Below, piece by piece: positions 44,739 to 62,955 of a stretch of DNA of 64,000 nucleotides. The stretch lies in the NCBI RefSeq assembly GCF_009914755.1, contig NC_060935.1; one strand, given 5' to 3'. This stretch comes from the human T2T-CHM13v2.0 reference genome, Homo sapiens. How positions within the stretch are numbered: position 1 is the first letter of the stretch; every line of letters begins with the position of its first letter. The notes under the pieces were generated by a model that saw only the letters and a program-made list of their open reading frames with translations, did not search any database and had not been told where the DNA came from. Position numbers and translations under genes: made by a program.

Positions 44739-45559
44739 TCCCCAGGTCAGCTTCCTTAATAAAATTGTTTATTTCTGTTAGATGTTTTACAGAGGCGCTT
44801 TATGTTTGACTCTTCTTTGTATCTGTATCTGGGAATCTAGGACTTCATTAATGAGGAGACTTCTTGACTTAGCCCCATTTTAATTCTTGTTTTATGGAAA
44901 GCATATTTAAAAAAAAAAAAACAGTAGAAAAATGGAGAGTTGGGTGCCTCAGTCTTATAGACAGCCAATCTCTTGGGGAGTGTTTAAAACTTGAGTATCT
45001 AGAACTTCAAGTGAGAGGAAGTGTGGACTGGGCAGACAGGACCCCATGTGAAAGCGAAGTCTCAGATACATGGCTCAATGTGCTAAAGAAGTTTCCCTTC
45101 TTTCATTCATTGGTTTTTCCATTTAACAAATATTTGTGGAGTGCCTACTTTATATCAGACCTGTGTTAGGGATACAATGGTGAACAAGACAGCCTCTGCC
45201 CCCTCAGACCTCAGTCTTGTGAAGAATACAAGTAAATTATAGGAAAAGTACAGGGAAGGGGCATCCAATCCAGGCCTGTGGTTTATTTTTAAGTTAAATT
45301 CACTTTTTCAGCTGCTCATTTCCATGATCCCCATCTAACCCCAGTGCAGACTAGGAATAATGTTAAAAAATCTGGATAAAATTCCATACCGGTCCTTTTC
45401 TCTATCTATCTTGTCCAGGAACTACTCGGACTTCCATAATGAATCAAAAAGGTGCCTGCCCCAACAGTCAAGTGCTGTAGAAATGCAGCTTTCTGAGTGT
45501 TGTTTTCAAAACTATCATTACCAAAGAATAGTTGATTACTGTCTAGGAAATAAGGGAGG

Positions 45560-46023
45560 TAGAGTGGGTTGGATGGTGGTCCTCAAAATATGTCCAAGTG
45601 CTAACACCTAGAACTTGTGAAGATTATCTTAGTCAGAAAAAGAATCTCGTAGATTCTTAATTTAGGGCAATTAAATTAAGAATGATCATGAGATCATCCT
45701 GGATTTAGGGTGGGCCCTAAATCCAATGACTGGTGTTCTTATACGAGAAAGGAAAGGGGCACTTGAAATGTAGTTACACAAGGGAGAAGGCCATGTGAAG
45801 ACAAAGGCAAAAAGTGGAGCCATGTGCCTACAGGCCAAGAAATGCCAAGGATTGCCTGCAGTTGCCATAAGTTAGGAGAGGCATGGAATGGATTTTCCCC
45901 CAAAGCTTTCAGAAGGAAGTAACCCTGCCGACACCTTGATTTCAGACTTCTGGATTCCAGAACTAACAGAAAAGAAATTCCTGTTGTTTTAAGCCATCAA
46001 GTGTTTGTACTAGAACACTAATT
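45560..46023 (+). mobile_element. MLT1B/C solo LTR
   Basis: 'gagatcatcctggatttagggtgggccctaaatccaatgactggtgttcttata...ccctgccgacaccttgatttcagacttctgg'. Confidence 0.85.
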
Positions 46024-46690
46024 AGAGGGGTTAATGAGATTTTGCTATTATTGCACTCCCTAAGTAGACAGGAGGCCAAAAACCGGGATAAAGGGATTCT
46101 AATCCCTACAGAGAGAGATAGAGGGAATTAGGATCTGTCCCAGACCCTGAAAGGGAAGTCTATGTGGCTGCTTTTGTACCACATGATCCTATCCCTCCTA
46201 GATTTCAGCTACTGGATAATATTTGGACAACAGACCCAAGGAGACCACGATGAGCTAACGAGTAGGTCAAGCATACACATAGTGCACTAGCAGAATCAAA
46301 GACAAACATACTCCCAAAAGCTTTTTGAAATATTTTGATATTTGATATTTCAAAAAAATTAAAATAGTAATCATGACAAAAATCAGAAGTTTTCTTGAAT
46401 TCTTTATATTTGTCATATATGCATGAATATGAGTACCCTAATATGAAGTCATTCCCTGCTCTCCCATTGAGAAAGTCAAGAAGAAAGTTTTGTTTGCCAA
46501 TGTGAGTGATAAACTTTTAGGTATGTAGATGAAATAATTAAAAGCATGCATATTGTATCTAATTCATTAAGTAGTTATATTTACATACTATAAATTATAT
46601 ACAAAATATATCAATTTAGAAGTATGTTCCTCTTTCTCATAGATCACATAACACTCTTGTTCAAACTCTTCAAAAGTATTTTTAACATCA

Positions 46691-48942
<2,252 letters not shown>

Positions 48943-49524
48943 AAAAGTATCTTTGACATCAATACTTTTGTTTTCACTAGAACTACTTTTTGAATCTCCT
49001 TTGCATTTAACTCAAAAAGTTCATTTTTAGAGAACATCATTTACATTTCTGCATGTTTTGTTAGTGATAGAGCATTTACTGAATCCTCATATAACGGGTC
49101 ACTGGATATTTGATCTTAAGCATACAAGGACCTATTTTCATAATATCAAGATCTTTGAGGTTTTCATATGTGTATATTTACAATTTCTACAATGTTAGCA
49201 CTTACTCTGTTGCACATTAAAATGACTTTTAAGAAGCTTGTTTACAACAATATTCAACATTTACAATTATGGACTCATATTCATAATAATTATCGGTTCA
49301 TAATCATAATGAGTAGTAAACCTGTGTTGAATTTGTCTCCTTTTTTATCAATTCTGCCAGGAACCTCTGAGTTATCCCATACCAGCATTAAACTTAGGCA
49401 GTTATAGGCTAACATACCTTCCCTAAACAGTCCTCTTTTGTTCAAAATGAAATTGAGAGGCTGTTCCATAATATGAGGCATTTTGAAAGACCTTGAATAT
49501 ATAAAAACTCCCTCTGTCCTAAAG

Positions 49525-50420
<896 letters not shown>

Positions 50421-52097
50421 CAAAATGTTGCCACATGTAATAGTATACAAAATAGTATTTTATGAAATAGTCTTGTCTTTATTTTCAATTATTCATGGAG
50501 GCGGGCAGTATGATCTTTTCAGTATTTTGGGCCTCAGAATATCTTACTTTAATCTTGGTCCTATTCAAAGGCTGTATTGAGCCAGCAAGGTTCTCGCCCT
50601 TGAGAGTTTGGACTAAGATGCACAGAGGTTGGTTTGTGGTGGCCCCTGGATTTGTAAGGCCATCAAGTTTTTAGGGCAGGTGGACCACGCTGGGCCATGT
50701 GCAAGATGATGAAGTAGAGGAAGATCTGAAGAAGAATGAGACCCACTGGCAGAGAGGAGCAGAGAGGAGAAAGCGTATAATGTTGCTCCCGAGAAGAGCT
50801 TGAGTACCTGATCCTTTATTTTGTAGGCTCCATGAGGCATGGCTATACTTCAGCTCCTAACCTTGTGGGGTCCACAGAATTGTCTGCTCTCTTCTCACAA
50901 CATACCCCCAAATCAGTTGAATGCAAATCCAACACCTTTTATTAAAATTCTCTCCAACTAAACTTTCTTCTCTTCCTAAGCCTTGCCTTCCTTATCTGAT
51001 AAATGGGAACATCGGTACTTCCTAGGTCACAGAGATTTTAAAGATCAGAAGAGGTAGGATACTTTTGAAAAGTATAGAATGCCTTATAACACATGCATAA
51101 GGCATTTAATTATTGTGGTTTCTGTAATTGTTCAAGCTGTTCCTCAAAGTAATGGCAGGTTTGGGGAAAGTTGTGAGAAGTCTCTCCCATGCCCAAAGCT
51201 CATGGGACAATACTACTGTCCTCACATGCCTTGAATTACAGGACTTATTAGTCTCAGTCATGCTTTACATATCACTTTTTCTAATGAGCTAAGGATGATT
51301 GCACCTCTGTAGAAGCCTCTGTTTGAAGTGAAATAATTTTGGCAAAGATAATACGGGCCCACCCAGAACTAATTTGAGCCCACCTAGCATAAAGCTATTC
51401 CTTTTTGCAGTGCTTCTTGGTTCCTGCTTCAGGTTTTTGGTTCTTCTTTCTTTTAGTTGGCTCACAGAATATTTTTCTGTAGATTCTTTCAGGGAAGACC
51501 TCCATATAGCAAATCTTCCCTGAAATGTTCTCTTCATCAAAATTTATCTGACCTCAAAACCGTGCTTGGTGTTGGTAATCTGAGCAATGTGACTGTACAA
51601 CCACAGGTAACATGGTTGCTTTACCTTAAAAATGAACTAACTTATTTTTTCTGATTGTAAAAGAAATTAAGAAAATATAAAGAAAAAACCCCCTAAAAAC
51701 ATAGATAACCATTGCTAACATTTTGCTCTTAACGTCTATATTTTTATGAATAAGTATTTAAAAACATAATTTACACATACTATGTATATTCATTTAATTT
51801 ATCTCTTTTTATATTATGATCACTTTTTTATGCCATGAAATGTTCTTAAGAAATACCATTTTAGCAATTCATTATTTGACTTTCTCATAATATAGGTAGC
51901 CAACTCCCTCTTGTTTAGATAATAATGCAATGATCATCTCTGTGTCTTTGAGCATAAATGTTTGTATATCTGACATTGACATATGTGTGTATGTATATGT
52001 ATACATTCATACACATATAATATTATCTATGAGAGAGAATGTGAAGTTGGGAGAGAGAATAAACATTTTTGAGGTTTCTGATGCATGAGTTCATTTA

Positions 52098-52667
52098 GTG
52101 GTAGAATTTTGCCATTTTTTGCTGCACAGTATCTATTTTATTTTGCTTTATTTCTAGAAGTAGCATTCTGAATTTCCTCTGAGGAACAATTAGTGCCACA
52201 CTCCCACTCCATGCACATTTGTGGTACTAACTCTGCCCTTTGGTATATGACCTCAGGCCTAGCCCAGTAGGGCATCTTATTTCCCCAATCACAGTGATTC
52301 ATTTAGCGATGGGCGTATGACCCAAGATGAGATATTTACCTCCAATCAAGGCCAATTATGCCACTTTTGCTTGAGCACAGGGGCACAAGAGCTACACGTG
52401 GAACTGGGAGAAACAGAAAGTTGCTGCTAGAGTCCCCCAAGGAGGCTGGGTGAGAAGAAGTTAATACAGAGCAGCTAAAGGAAGAGATGTAGAAAGAAAT
52501 CTGGTTCCTGAAAACATTGTTAGATCCCTTAAATCAAGCTCTGTCTGAAGCCAGCACTACCCCCAGTCTTTTCAGTGATATGAACCAATGTATTTCCATT
52601 TTGTCTCAGGGCAGTTTGATTTAGGTTTTCAATCACTTGAAAGTAAAAGAGTGCTATTTGATGAACA
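52098..52667 (+). mobile_element. Old MLT1-type LTR
   Basis: 'cacagtgattcatttagcgatgggcgtatgacccaa', 'ttttcagtgatatgaaccaatg', end 'cacttgaaagtaaaagagtgct'. Confidence 0.6.
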
Positions 52668-55600
52668 CATTTTCAGGGATCTTTGGGTAGAATACTACTA
52701 TAACCCAAGGGAATGATTTCGAAAGTGTAAATCTTTGAATCCCTGGAAAAGGGGATAGATTGGGAAGTACCCTTAAATCAGTGAGACACATTGTTGCTTT
52801 TTGATTCATTTGAAGGTCAAGACCTGGACCTAGTGAGAAACATGGGGCCCTCTCCTTGCTCTAAGAAAGGCCCCTAATAGGAAGTTGGCAACTCTCCCAG
52901 ACTGAGCAGATAAAGAAGGGGCTAGTGCAGCCATGCGGAGGTGGATGGACAGATGGCATGTACTTATACTTATTAAGGTTACGACTCATGGTTAGAGAGC
53001 TCCAGCTAGCTTAGGGATGATTAGAATTCTCCTGGTGAGTTTGTATTTGTCAGCATCCCTGAAAAAGTCATGGCCCTGATTATAGAGAACATGAGCTCTC
53101 AAGAATGTGGCCAAAGTAGTATAGAAAAGGCCACATGTATCTTAGTTCCTAGGAAAGGATGCTCTGGGTCCATTGCTAGCTCCTATCAGTTGGTTGGCCC
53201 ACATCTACTCTGTATATTGATCAAAGGCTTGACATGCTATGGGGACTGCAATATGATACAAATCCATCCAAATAATCACCAAGATCTCTAAATCCATTCC
53301 AAATGTCACAAGCCACTGTTCAAATTCCATGTGTGTGGGTGGAAAATGATGACTCTTAAATGACCTTATTGAAAAGACCCAGATTGATAGAGGGACAGAC
53401 AATGGGTTATGCTTCATATTTTATTTCTGAGTAGAAGATGTATCTTCTTGTTATCTGGAGTTGGGAGCTCACTTATTGGAAAAACAATACCTGAGTAACT
53501 ACTATGTGCCATACACTTTTTGTATTGAAAATGGAGCAATGAAAAATATAGACAGATAAGAGTCCTGCCCTCATTGACAAGATGGTAAGTACAGGCAGCA
53601 CATGGGAGGCCACATAACCTATCCTTTGTGGTGATGACCAAGGAAGACTTCCCGGAAGAAATGAGCTACAGAAAAAAGAAGAGATAGTGAGGAAAAAGGC
53701 ACAGCAGAGGGAACATTAAAACCCAGAAAGAACAGAGATATAGAAGATAAGTTTGAGGAACTGCAAGTATTTCACCAAGGCTAGACCAGAACCTTCAAGA
53801 GAGTGATAAAAGATGTTTGAATCAAGTTAGGAAAGCTTTTGTAAAGTGTTTACAGACTTGAACATATTTAATCAACATGTTTACATCAGAAGGCGAACCT
53901 CTCTTGCATTAGGGTTTTTATTTTCATACCAAGAAAAAAACCAGATGTCTTAAGATTTGCAGGCTTTTTTTTCTTTCATTACATGGATTAGACATCATTT
54001 ATAACAGAGAGAAGGCTAAAGCAAAGAACTAGACTATGAAGCAGTAGATGTGCAGTGGTATCCCTGCCAATCTGTGTCATGGGCTTCCCATTCTTTCCAT
54101 GGTGCTGCATGTTGCAGAAGTGAGCATGGTCCTTTCTTTCAGATCTCTGGGTCAGAGCTGGGAATCTGCAGTAGGCAGTGGGATCTTGAAAAATACAATG
54201 CCAACACTAGAAAAGAGTTTGGAAAGCTTTCCAGAGGTACTAAATTTGAGCTCAGCGTAAAGAATCTTCAACCTCTGATTTTCATGCATTCTTTGGAAGA
54301 CCAAATCTGAAAGCACCTCTTGGGAGAGCCCATTAGCAGGTCGTACTACTTTTACCTTAATTCTCACATGGAGGAATCTACAAAGCACTTTTATTATCTC
54401 ATTGAATCTTCTCCAAAGCTTATGTCGAGATCATTTTTCCCACTTGACAGATAAGGAATCTCTGGCTCCGAGTTGTTTTCCCAAAGTCCAAGACCTCATT
54501 CATGGTATCAGTTGATCCAGAATTTGATAGTAATTTCAGGCAATGATGAAAACCAGGTGATCTGAAGGAAGGTTTCAAGAACAGAGTGGGAGTGGGCTTT
54601 AGTCTAAAGAAGAGAAGTCACATTTCAAATATTAATTCACTCAATAAATTGAGTGTCCACTATGTGCTAGGTTCTCTGGCTAATGAAAGAAAACAGAAAT
54701 GGCTCCTGCTAATATAGCATGTGTTAGTTGAGGGGAAGTGGGTATTTAACAAGAACAACAACAAAAGGGGGTTATTATAAAAACCCCATATTTTGTGCTT
54801 GCCCAGGATCTCTTCCTTTGAGAAATGGTCCATTACTTTTCATAAAGGAGCACATGGTTTCCTAAAGTCCTGGTCTCACAAATTTCCCTACACATCCACT
54901 GAGCCCAAAATGGCCAGGTGGTCCAGACCTGGTCCATCCGTGACCTCTGCTTTCAGTGATTGGTTTAACCACGGCCATGTGATCTAAGATATGCCATTTA
55001 GTTCATGCCCAGAAGTTCTGCATAAGTCACTGGGCAGACAATTGCACTCTTTTCTTAGGAATCATGGTCTATAAAGAGGTATAACACTGGAAGAGACAAT
55101 GATCATTTTTGCCATCTCATAGGAAAAAAAGCTGCTTAAAAATAAATGATGGTAACATAGAATAAGGCAGAATTTAGGAGATGAAAAGAGAAAGAGTCCT
55201 GGTTTTGCAAGCTAACTTCTGGATCTAGAGAGGGCTTTCAGGTTAGATAGGGCAGCAGATTTCTTTCTATGGATTAAGTTAATTTGTATTGGATTTCTGT
55301 CCTGATTGACACATAAATAATTATAAATAGTGAAAAGTACAGAGAGGGAAATGAACAAAAGACTATGAAAGAGAATAACAGTGAGAACATGGCTCATATA
55401 AGGTTGTTAGAAAAGTGACATTAAAGTTAGAACATAAAAGTGGAATAGACTTTTGTGAAGCCAAAAGTGGTGACAAAGTCTCCTTGATAGAAAGAGAAAC
55501 ATGTGGGAAGACCCAGAGGAGGAAAGGAGCTGTTGCAAGTATTTGAGGAGCTGTTAATAGAATGGAATGCAACTTATTCGGCTCCCATCAGACTATGGGT

Positions 55601-57689
55601 GCCAATGGATAGAAGTTGTAGTAGGTTTGGTATTGATTAAACAAAAAGAACTTTCTAGCAGCAAGAAAACTATGATTTCCCTGTTTCTGGAGGATTCCAG
55701 AAATAGCTGCATAGTTACAAATTAAGGATGTTTTATGGAGAAATTTAGTTTCTAGATAAGTGGTGGCTGGTATTCACATATTTATTTACTCAGTCAATAC
55801 TTTTTGAGCTCCTGAAATGGGCCAGGTATAATACCTGTGCATATTGGTAAACAATATGCAGTCCCAGGTCTCAAAGAACTGACAGTCTAGTGGGGATACT
55901 GCTAACTAACATGTTAATTCTATCCCAGTAATGTGAGCGGCAAAGCAGGTCTAAGTACAAGGTAAGCATATCAGAGGCCACCTAACTTAGACAGAAATGA
56001 CTTCTAACATCTGCTGCAATCTTGTAAAATTATGATTCTAAACATGAAGTAAGAAAACATTTCTTGTGAAGCCTGTAACTGGGATCCAAGAGCAAGCCAC
56101 TATCATGGATGGCAGAATCAGTTCCCAGGATAATGGGCTTTCCACAGGAACTAGGGTCAAACCCTGCTTTGAGGCAGAGTTTTATCTATCACAGATGGTG
56201 CACACTTATGCTTAAAAATGTAATATATCATTTTAACATGATATTCTAACAAATATTAACAATAACAATAATTGCTAACATTTATCTAGCATTTATTATG
56301 TGTCAGGCAACATGCTTAATGTGTCCCATGCTTTAGTCATTAATACTCACTACCCTGCAACTAGTTCCAGTCCTTTGCTATGTCCTTGAAGAAGAAAGAC
56401 ATTTTTTAACACAACCCTCTTTGCTCATGAAACAGATAAAAAGCAAACAGGGATTGGTGACATCTGGAACTGAGAGAGAGGGACCAGTGTTTCCCTCAGC
56501 ATCCCTGAAGGCCCAGCTTCCGTTTCTTTCTCCCTACATCTTTCATCAATATCTCCCCAGTCATGGGTTGCTATTGCCCCTCTGAGCACTTGTGACCTGG
56601 GCTAGTTGTTCTGATGTGGTTCCAGAGCAAAACCCCACAGAGCTGGAGCCCAAGAGGATGTTTGAGAATGATGCATAGGAAATCTCCAGCAAGCCTTTTT
56701 TCTGCACATTCGGGAGATTTTCCTCAAGCTCAACCTCAATCTGGAAGTTTTGAGTCCTGTCAAGACTTAGAGATGGATAAAATCTCCATCCCACTAGAGC
56801 AGAACAGAAAAGGCTAATAGGGAGCTGACACAGCAATAATTCATTCAAAAAAACCCCAACAGTGACAGAACCAGAGGAAAGTGAGCCTCATTAACAATCA
56901 ATACCCATACTTCACAGAGCTTAGACTTTTAACTGTGGCACCCAAGAAACTAAGAATGCCCTGTAATTTGTATTAAAAGCATTGAGGAAGAAAGGGAATG
57001 TCTAGTGTAGTAAATGCAAGCCAAAGAGGATCTAGAATAAAATCCCATCTCTACCACTTTCTAGCAGAACAATCTTGGGCAAGTTATTTAATTGTTTTGT
57101 GCCTCAGTTTCTTCATATTTAAAATCAAGAAAATAGCACTTATTTCACAAGGTTTAATAAATGCAAAGGGCTAAAAACAATGCTTGGTATGTAGTAAGCA
57201 CTCAGCAAATATTCTTATTATTACTAGTAGTAATCTTAGTGTCATGCTGATTGGTCTGTTACAAGGAGAATACAGTATGGTACTGAGTAAAAAAGGCAAT
57301 CAAGAAATAGTTATTGAACACCTTCTTGTGCTAGGCAGCCTATACTAGATGCTGGACATACATTACTGACTAGAACATAGAAGTCCTGGCCCTCAAGGAG
57401 CTTACATTTTAGTAGAAACCAGAAAAAACAAACAAAAGAAAAAACTCACATAATATCTTTAACCGATTCCTAGGAAGGAGCTATTAGAAGCTAATTCCAG
57501 AGCCCTACTGTAGTGCTTTTAGTTTTCTCTGCGTAATGTTATGCTTGTTTAGCTACTCAGCAAATCACATTTACATCTCCTTCAATAAATGTATAACATC
57601 ACTTCAAGATGTTGAAATAAAAATGTTCGTGGATTGGGTAGATCTAGCTGACCACCCCCCAACAACCCAATAATAGCAAAAACTCAGTT

Positions 57690-58745
<1,056 letters not shown>

Positions 58746-59106
58746 CTAGGGCTTAGTAGGAGAATTAGCAAGCAACCTTCCTTGTAGAAGGGCACCTTAA
58801 CAAATGTAATAAAATGAAAATATTATTACCTGAATAGTAAGCACAGAATTCATCTTAGGGAGGGAACTGTCTCTGAGAAAATATCTCAAAAACTTCAAGA
58901 AAGACTGTTAGGTACTGAGACCATAGGAGGGAACAGGAGGCTTTGTGATAAAATGACACAGTTAAGCTTTATTTTCAAGATTCAATAAGATAAATTATGT
59001 TTTATTTTGGGTCTGTTTCTCAAAAGTTGAGAGACAGCAGGGAGATGAGAGCCTCAGATAGAAGAGAGGAGTCAGAGAAGTGGATTGTGGAGACATCTCT
59101 CGAATT

Positions 59107-60938
59107 AAACAATTAGCCAAGTTGTGAATGCAAAGAAAAAGTCCTTGAAGTTAATTAAAAGTGCTACTCCAGTGAATACATGAATCATAGGAAAGTAAAA
59201 CAGCCTTAATGCTGACATGGAGAAAGCTTTAGCAGTCTGGATAGAAAAACATTCTCTTAAGCCAAAGCCTAATTCAGCACAAGGCCCTAACTCTCTTCCT
59301 GTCTATGAATGGTATAAATAGTAAGAGGACAGAATGAGAAAAAGGTGAGGAAGCTGTAGAAGAAAAGTTTGAGGTTAGCAGAGCTTGGTTCATGAGGTTT
59401 AAGGAAAGAAGCTATCTTCATAACATAAAAGTGCAAAGTGAAGCAGCAAGTGCTGATGGAGAAGCTGTAGAAAGTTATCCAGAAGATCTACCTAAGACCA
59501 TTGGTGAAAGTGGCTACATTAAACAACAGATTTTCAATGTTGACAAAATTGCCTTTTATTGGAGAAAGATGCCATCTGGTATTTTCATAGTTAGAGAGGA
59601 GAAGTCAATGCTTGGTTTCAAAGCTTCAAGGGATGGGCTGATTCTCTTGTTAGGGGTTAATAAAGCTGGTGAAGCCAATGCTCATTTACCATCTTAAAAT
59701 CCTAGGGCCCTTAAGAATTATGCTAAATCTACTCTGTCTGTGCTCTAATAATAGAATAACAAAGCCTAAATTCCAGCATGGTTTACTAAATATTTTAAAC
59801 TATTAAGAGCCACTGCTTGGGAAAAAAGATTCATTTCAAAAAATTACTGCTCATTGACAATGCGCTGGTCACCCAAGTGCTCTGACAGAGATGTACAGTT
59901 AGATGAATCTGGTTTTCATGCCTGATAACACAACATCCCTTTTGCATTCTGGATCAAGGAGCAATTTGCAGTTTCGAGTCTTATTATTTAAGAAATACAT
60001 TTTGTAAGGTTATCGCTGCCATACATAGTGATTCCTCTGATGGATTTAGGCAAAGTAAACTGAAAATTTTCTGAAAAGGATTCACCATCCTAGATGATAT
60101 TATGAACATTTGTGATTTGTGGGAGGAGGTTAAAGTATCAACATTAACAGGAGTTTGGAAAAAGTTGAATTCAACCCTCATGGGTGACTTTGAGGGATTC
60201 AAGACTTTAGTGGAGGAAGTAAATGCAGAGGTGGTATAAATAGTAAGAGGACAGAATGAGAAGTGGAGCCTGAAAATGCCACTGAATTGCTGCAATCTCA
60301 TGATCAAACTTGAACAAATGAGGAGTTGCTTCTTATGGATGAGCAAAGAAAGTGGTTTCTTCAGATAGAATCTACTCCCGGTGAAGATGCTATTAAAATT
60401 ATTGAAATTACAGCAAACAATCTAGAATATTATATAAATATAATTGATAAACCAATGGCAGGTGTTGAGAGGATTTCCTCCCATTTTGAAAGAAATTCTA
60501 CTGTGAGTAAAATGCTATCAAACAGTGTGGCATTCTACAGAGAAATATTTCATTAAAGAAAAACTCAATTCGTGTGGCAAATGTCATTGTTGTCTCATTT
60601 TAAGACATTTCCACAGCCACCCCAACATTCAGCAACCATCACCCTGATTGGTCAGCAGCCATCAACACTGAGGCAAGTGCCTCCACCAGCAAAAAGATTA
60701 CAATTTGCTGAAGGCTCAGATAATAGCTTTTTTTTCAATAAAGTATGTTTAAATTAAGGTATGTACATTGTCTTCTTAGACATGATGCTATTACAGACTT
60801 GATGGACTATGGTGTAGTATAAACATAACTTTTATATGCACTGGGAAGCCAACACATTCATGTGACTCACATTATTGCAATATTTGCTTTATTTCAGTGG
60901 GTTGGAACTAGACCCAGAATATTTCTGAGGTATGCCTG
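59107..60938 (+). mobile_element. Tigger1 DNA transposon, 5'-truncated, transposase disrupted
   Basis: Peptide [33 protein letters not shown]...[18 protein letters not shown] (pogo/Tigger1 transposase); 3' TIR 'atttctgaggtatgcctg'. Confidence 0.93.
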
Positions 60939-61499
60939 TGTGTTTGTTTCAGTGTAAAATTCTAGGAAGATATCTGAATTTGTCCCTGGGTCCATGTTGT
61001 AAGATACAGGCACCCTGCATGGATATAGGAGCCCAGAGGTGACAGTCATAATGTAAGCCCTCCATGTATCTGCAGAAATCTAGGGCAGGTCTTGGAATTC
61101 TATGGGGCCACGGAATGGGGAGTTTCGGACCAATATTATCTGTATCTCAAGGAACAAGAAGAATCCCCCAACTATGACCTCTGGGTTATACTTGTCTTAT
61201 TCTAGACTGGGTGTGCTACATGCTTGACAGTGTGAATTATGTTGGATCATAACTGTGGGTATCCATACAGTCTTCCTCTCAGCTACCCCTACCCCAAGTG
61301 TGAGATCTTTGAAAACAAGGTCTCAGCTTCTCCAGTGCCTAGTACCTGACATATATGGAGCCAGATAAATGCTTATCTGGGGCCTGTGCCATTCCCATCT
61401 AGGCAGGAAAGATATGAATCAACCTTAAGCCACTAACACATTATAAGCTCCTAGACAAAGGGCTGCATGGGTTCTGGGAATTGTGATAATGAGGCTGCT

Positions 61500-61760
61500 G
61501 AGGGCCTCTGGGCTGAGCCAGCTGCTACGGACACAGGCCCTGCCTAGCGCCTACCTTGCGTGGGCTCTGACTGGAAACAGGGACGTATACGCTCATTAGG
61601 GAGGAATGGTTGTTAAAAATAGCATCATCATCTCCAATCAGGCAGTGGGCTACGGTTCAGACCCCTCTTAACAGGAATGTGGGCTGGGAGGGCAGGGCTG
61701 GGAACGCTGTGGTGGGGCTCCCGGGGGCAGCTGCAGCCAGCTGCCTTGAGCAGTTCTGGA
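61500..61760. promoter_or_regulatory. Candidate muscle-type enhancer (MEF2 + 2 MCAT/TEAD + 3 CAGCTG E-boxes)
   Basis: TTAAAAATAG 61613-61622; AGGAATG 61602 and 61673; CAGCTG 61519, 61728, 61738; GC-elevated, apparently repeat-free context. Motif evidence only. Confidence 0.45.
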
Positions 61761-62857
61761 CATCCTCAGCCACCTCCATGGCCACTGTGCTTGAAGGCCT
61801 TAATTAGGCCCCCAACAGTGCCATGGGTTCCTTAGGAAACACTGCCAACCAGAATGCCACCAGCTTTACAGGAAAGAGGAGACGTGCTGAGGCCTGGGCT
61901 TTGGTAGGGAAAGACAAGACTGGCAGGGAGTAAGTAGCAGAGAACACCATCTACCCACACAAGCCTGGCCCTGCCAACAGCTCTGGGCTTGTGCTTCCGG
62001 GACTTCTGATGGGAATGCTGAGAATGGATGAGGGGAAGGCCCAGACTTCCTCCCCACACAGACACTGCTTATTGGAAGGATGCTGGCGCAAACCACACTG
62101 CTGGCTGTCCCACGCTTCCCCTCAGCTCAATTAAGGCAGTAATCGGTATTTCTTAATTGCTGCTCCTGCTCTGTCTCCTGCCCCTCCTCCTGACTTTGTC
62201 CACTGCAGTGTAGTACCAGTAGTACCGGGAGACCAGTCTGTCCTTTGGGGCTGGCCAGGGAAGAAAAGAGAATTGTCTTGAGGAGGCTTAAAGGCCTCAA
62301 TGCCTGATAAAGAAAAGGCTTGCAGAAATAGTTCTGTAGCCAGAACACTACCTGACTGAGCTCAGACCCAAATTTAAGGCTCCCCTCTAGCCCCCAGGTG
62401 ACACACGGTCTAGCTCGCACGTTGATCGCTACCTGGCATACCTTTTCTGTTTCTAGTTTCCCAAAGTCTGATTCTCATTTGATAGGTATATTATTTCATT
62501 ATAGGTGTCACTGTCTGTGGTAAATCTTCTCAGGTCTTTGTGGAATGAGATTAGGTACAAATATGAAAAACAAAATTGCAATTCTTTGAGTTGAAATAAA
62601 AACCAAAGCTTAATGATATGATGGTGAGAAACTGGTGTGAGTGTGTGTGTGTAGCACAATTTAAAAGGGGATTTATTTGATGTTTACAGATCCCACATGG
62701 ATGACCTCCTTTGAGGAAATACTAAGACTGCTTGCTGTAAGAGCAACTCCGGAAGTTTAATGGTTAATTTTAGTTGAGAAGCTCAGGGAGCCTGAAGTAG
62801 CCTGGGGGACTATCTGGAGCTCTCAGACTAATATTTTCTAACATAATGTGTTTCTTG

Positions 62858-62955
62858 GTTCTTCCTTCCTTCCTCTTTTTATTCCCTTTCTCCTTCCCTC
62901 TCTCCTTTCCTTTCTTTCTTCTTTCCTTCCATTCATCCCTTCCTCTTTTTCTCAC
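62858..62955. repeat. CT-rich low-complexity tract
   Basis: Degenerate (CCTT)n. Confidence 0.85.

Noticed and set aside
59392-60757. Tigger transposase ORFs as a domesticated TIGD1-like gene
   Set aside because: Split by stops, frameshifts and deletions, and the 5' end is missing
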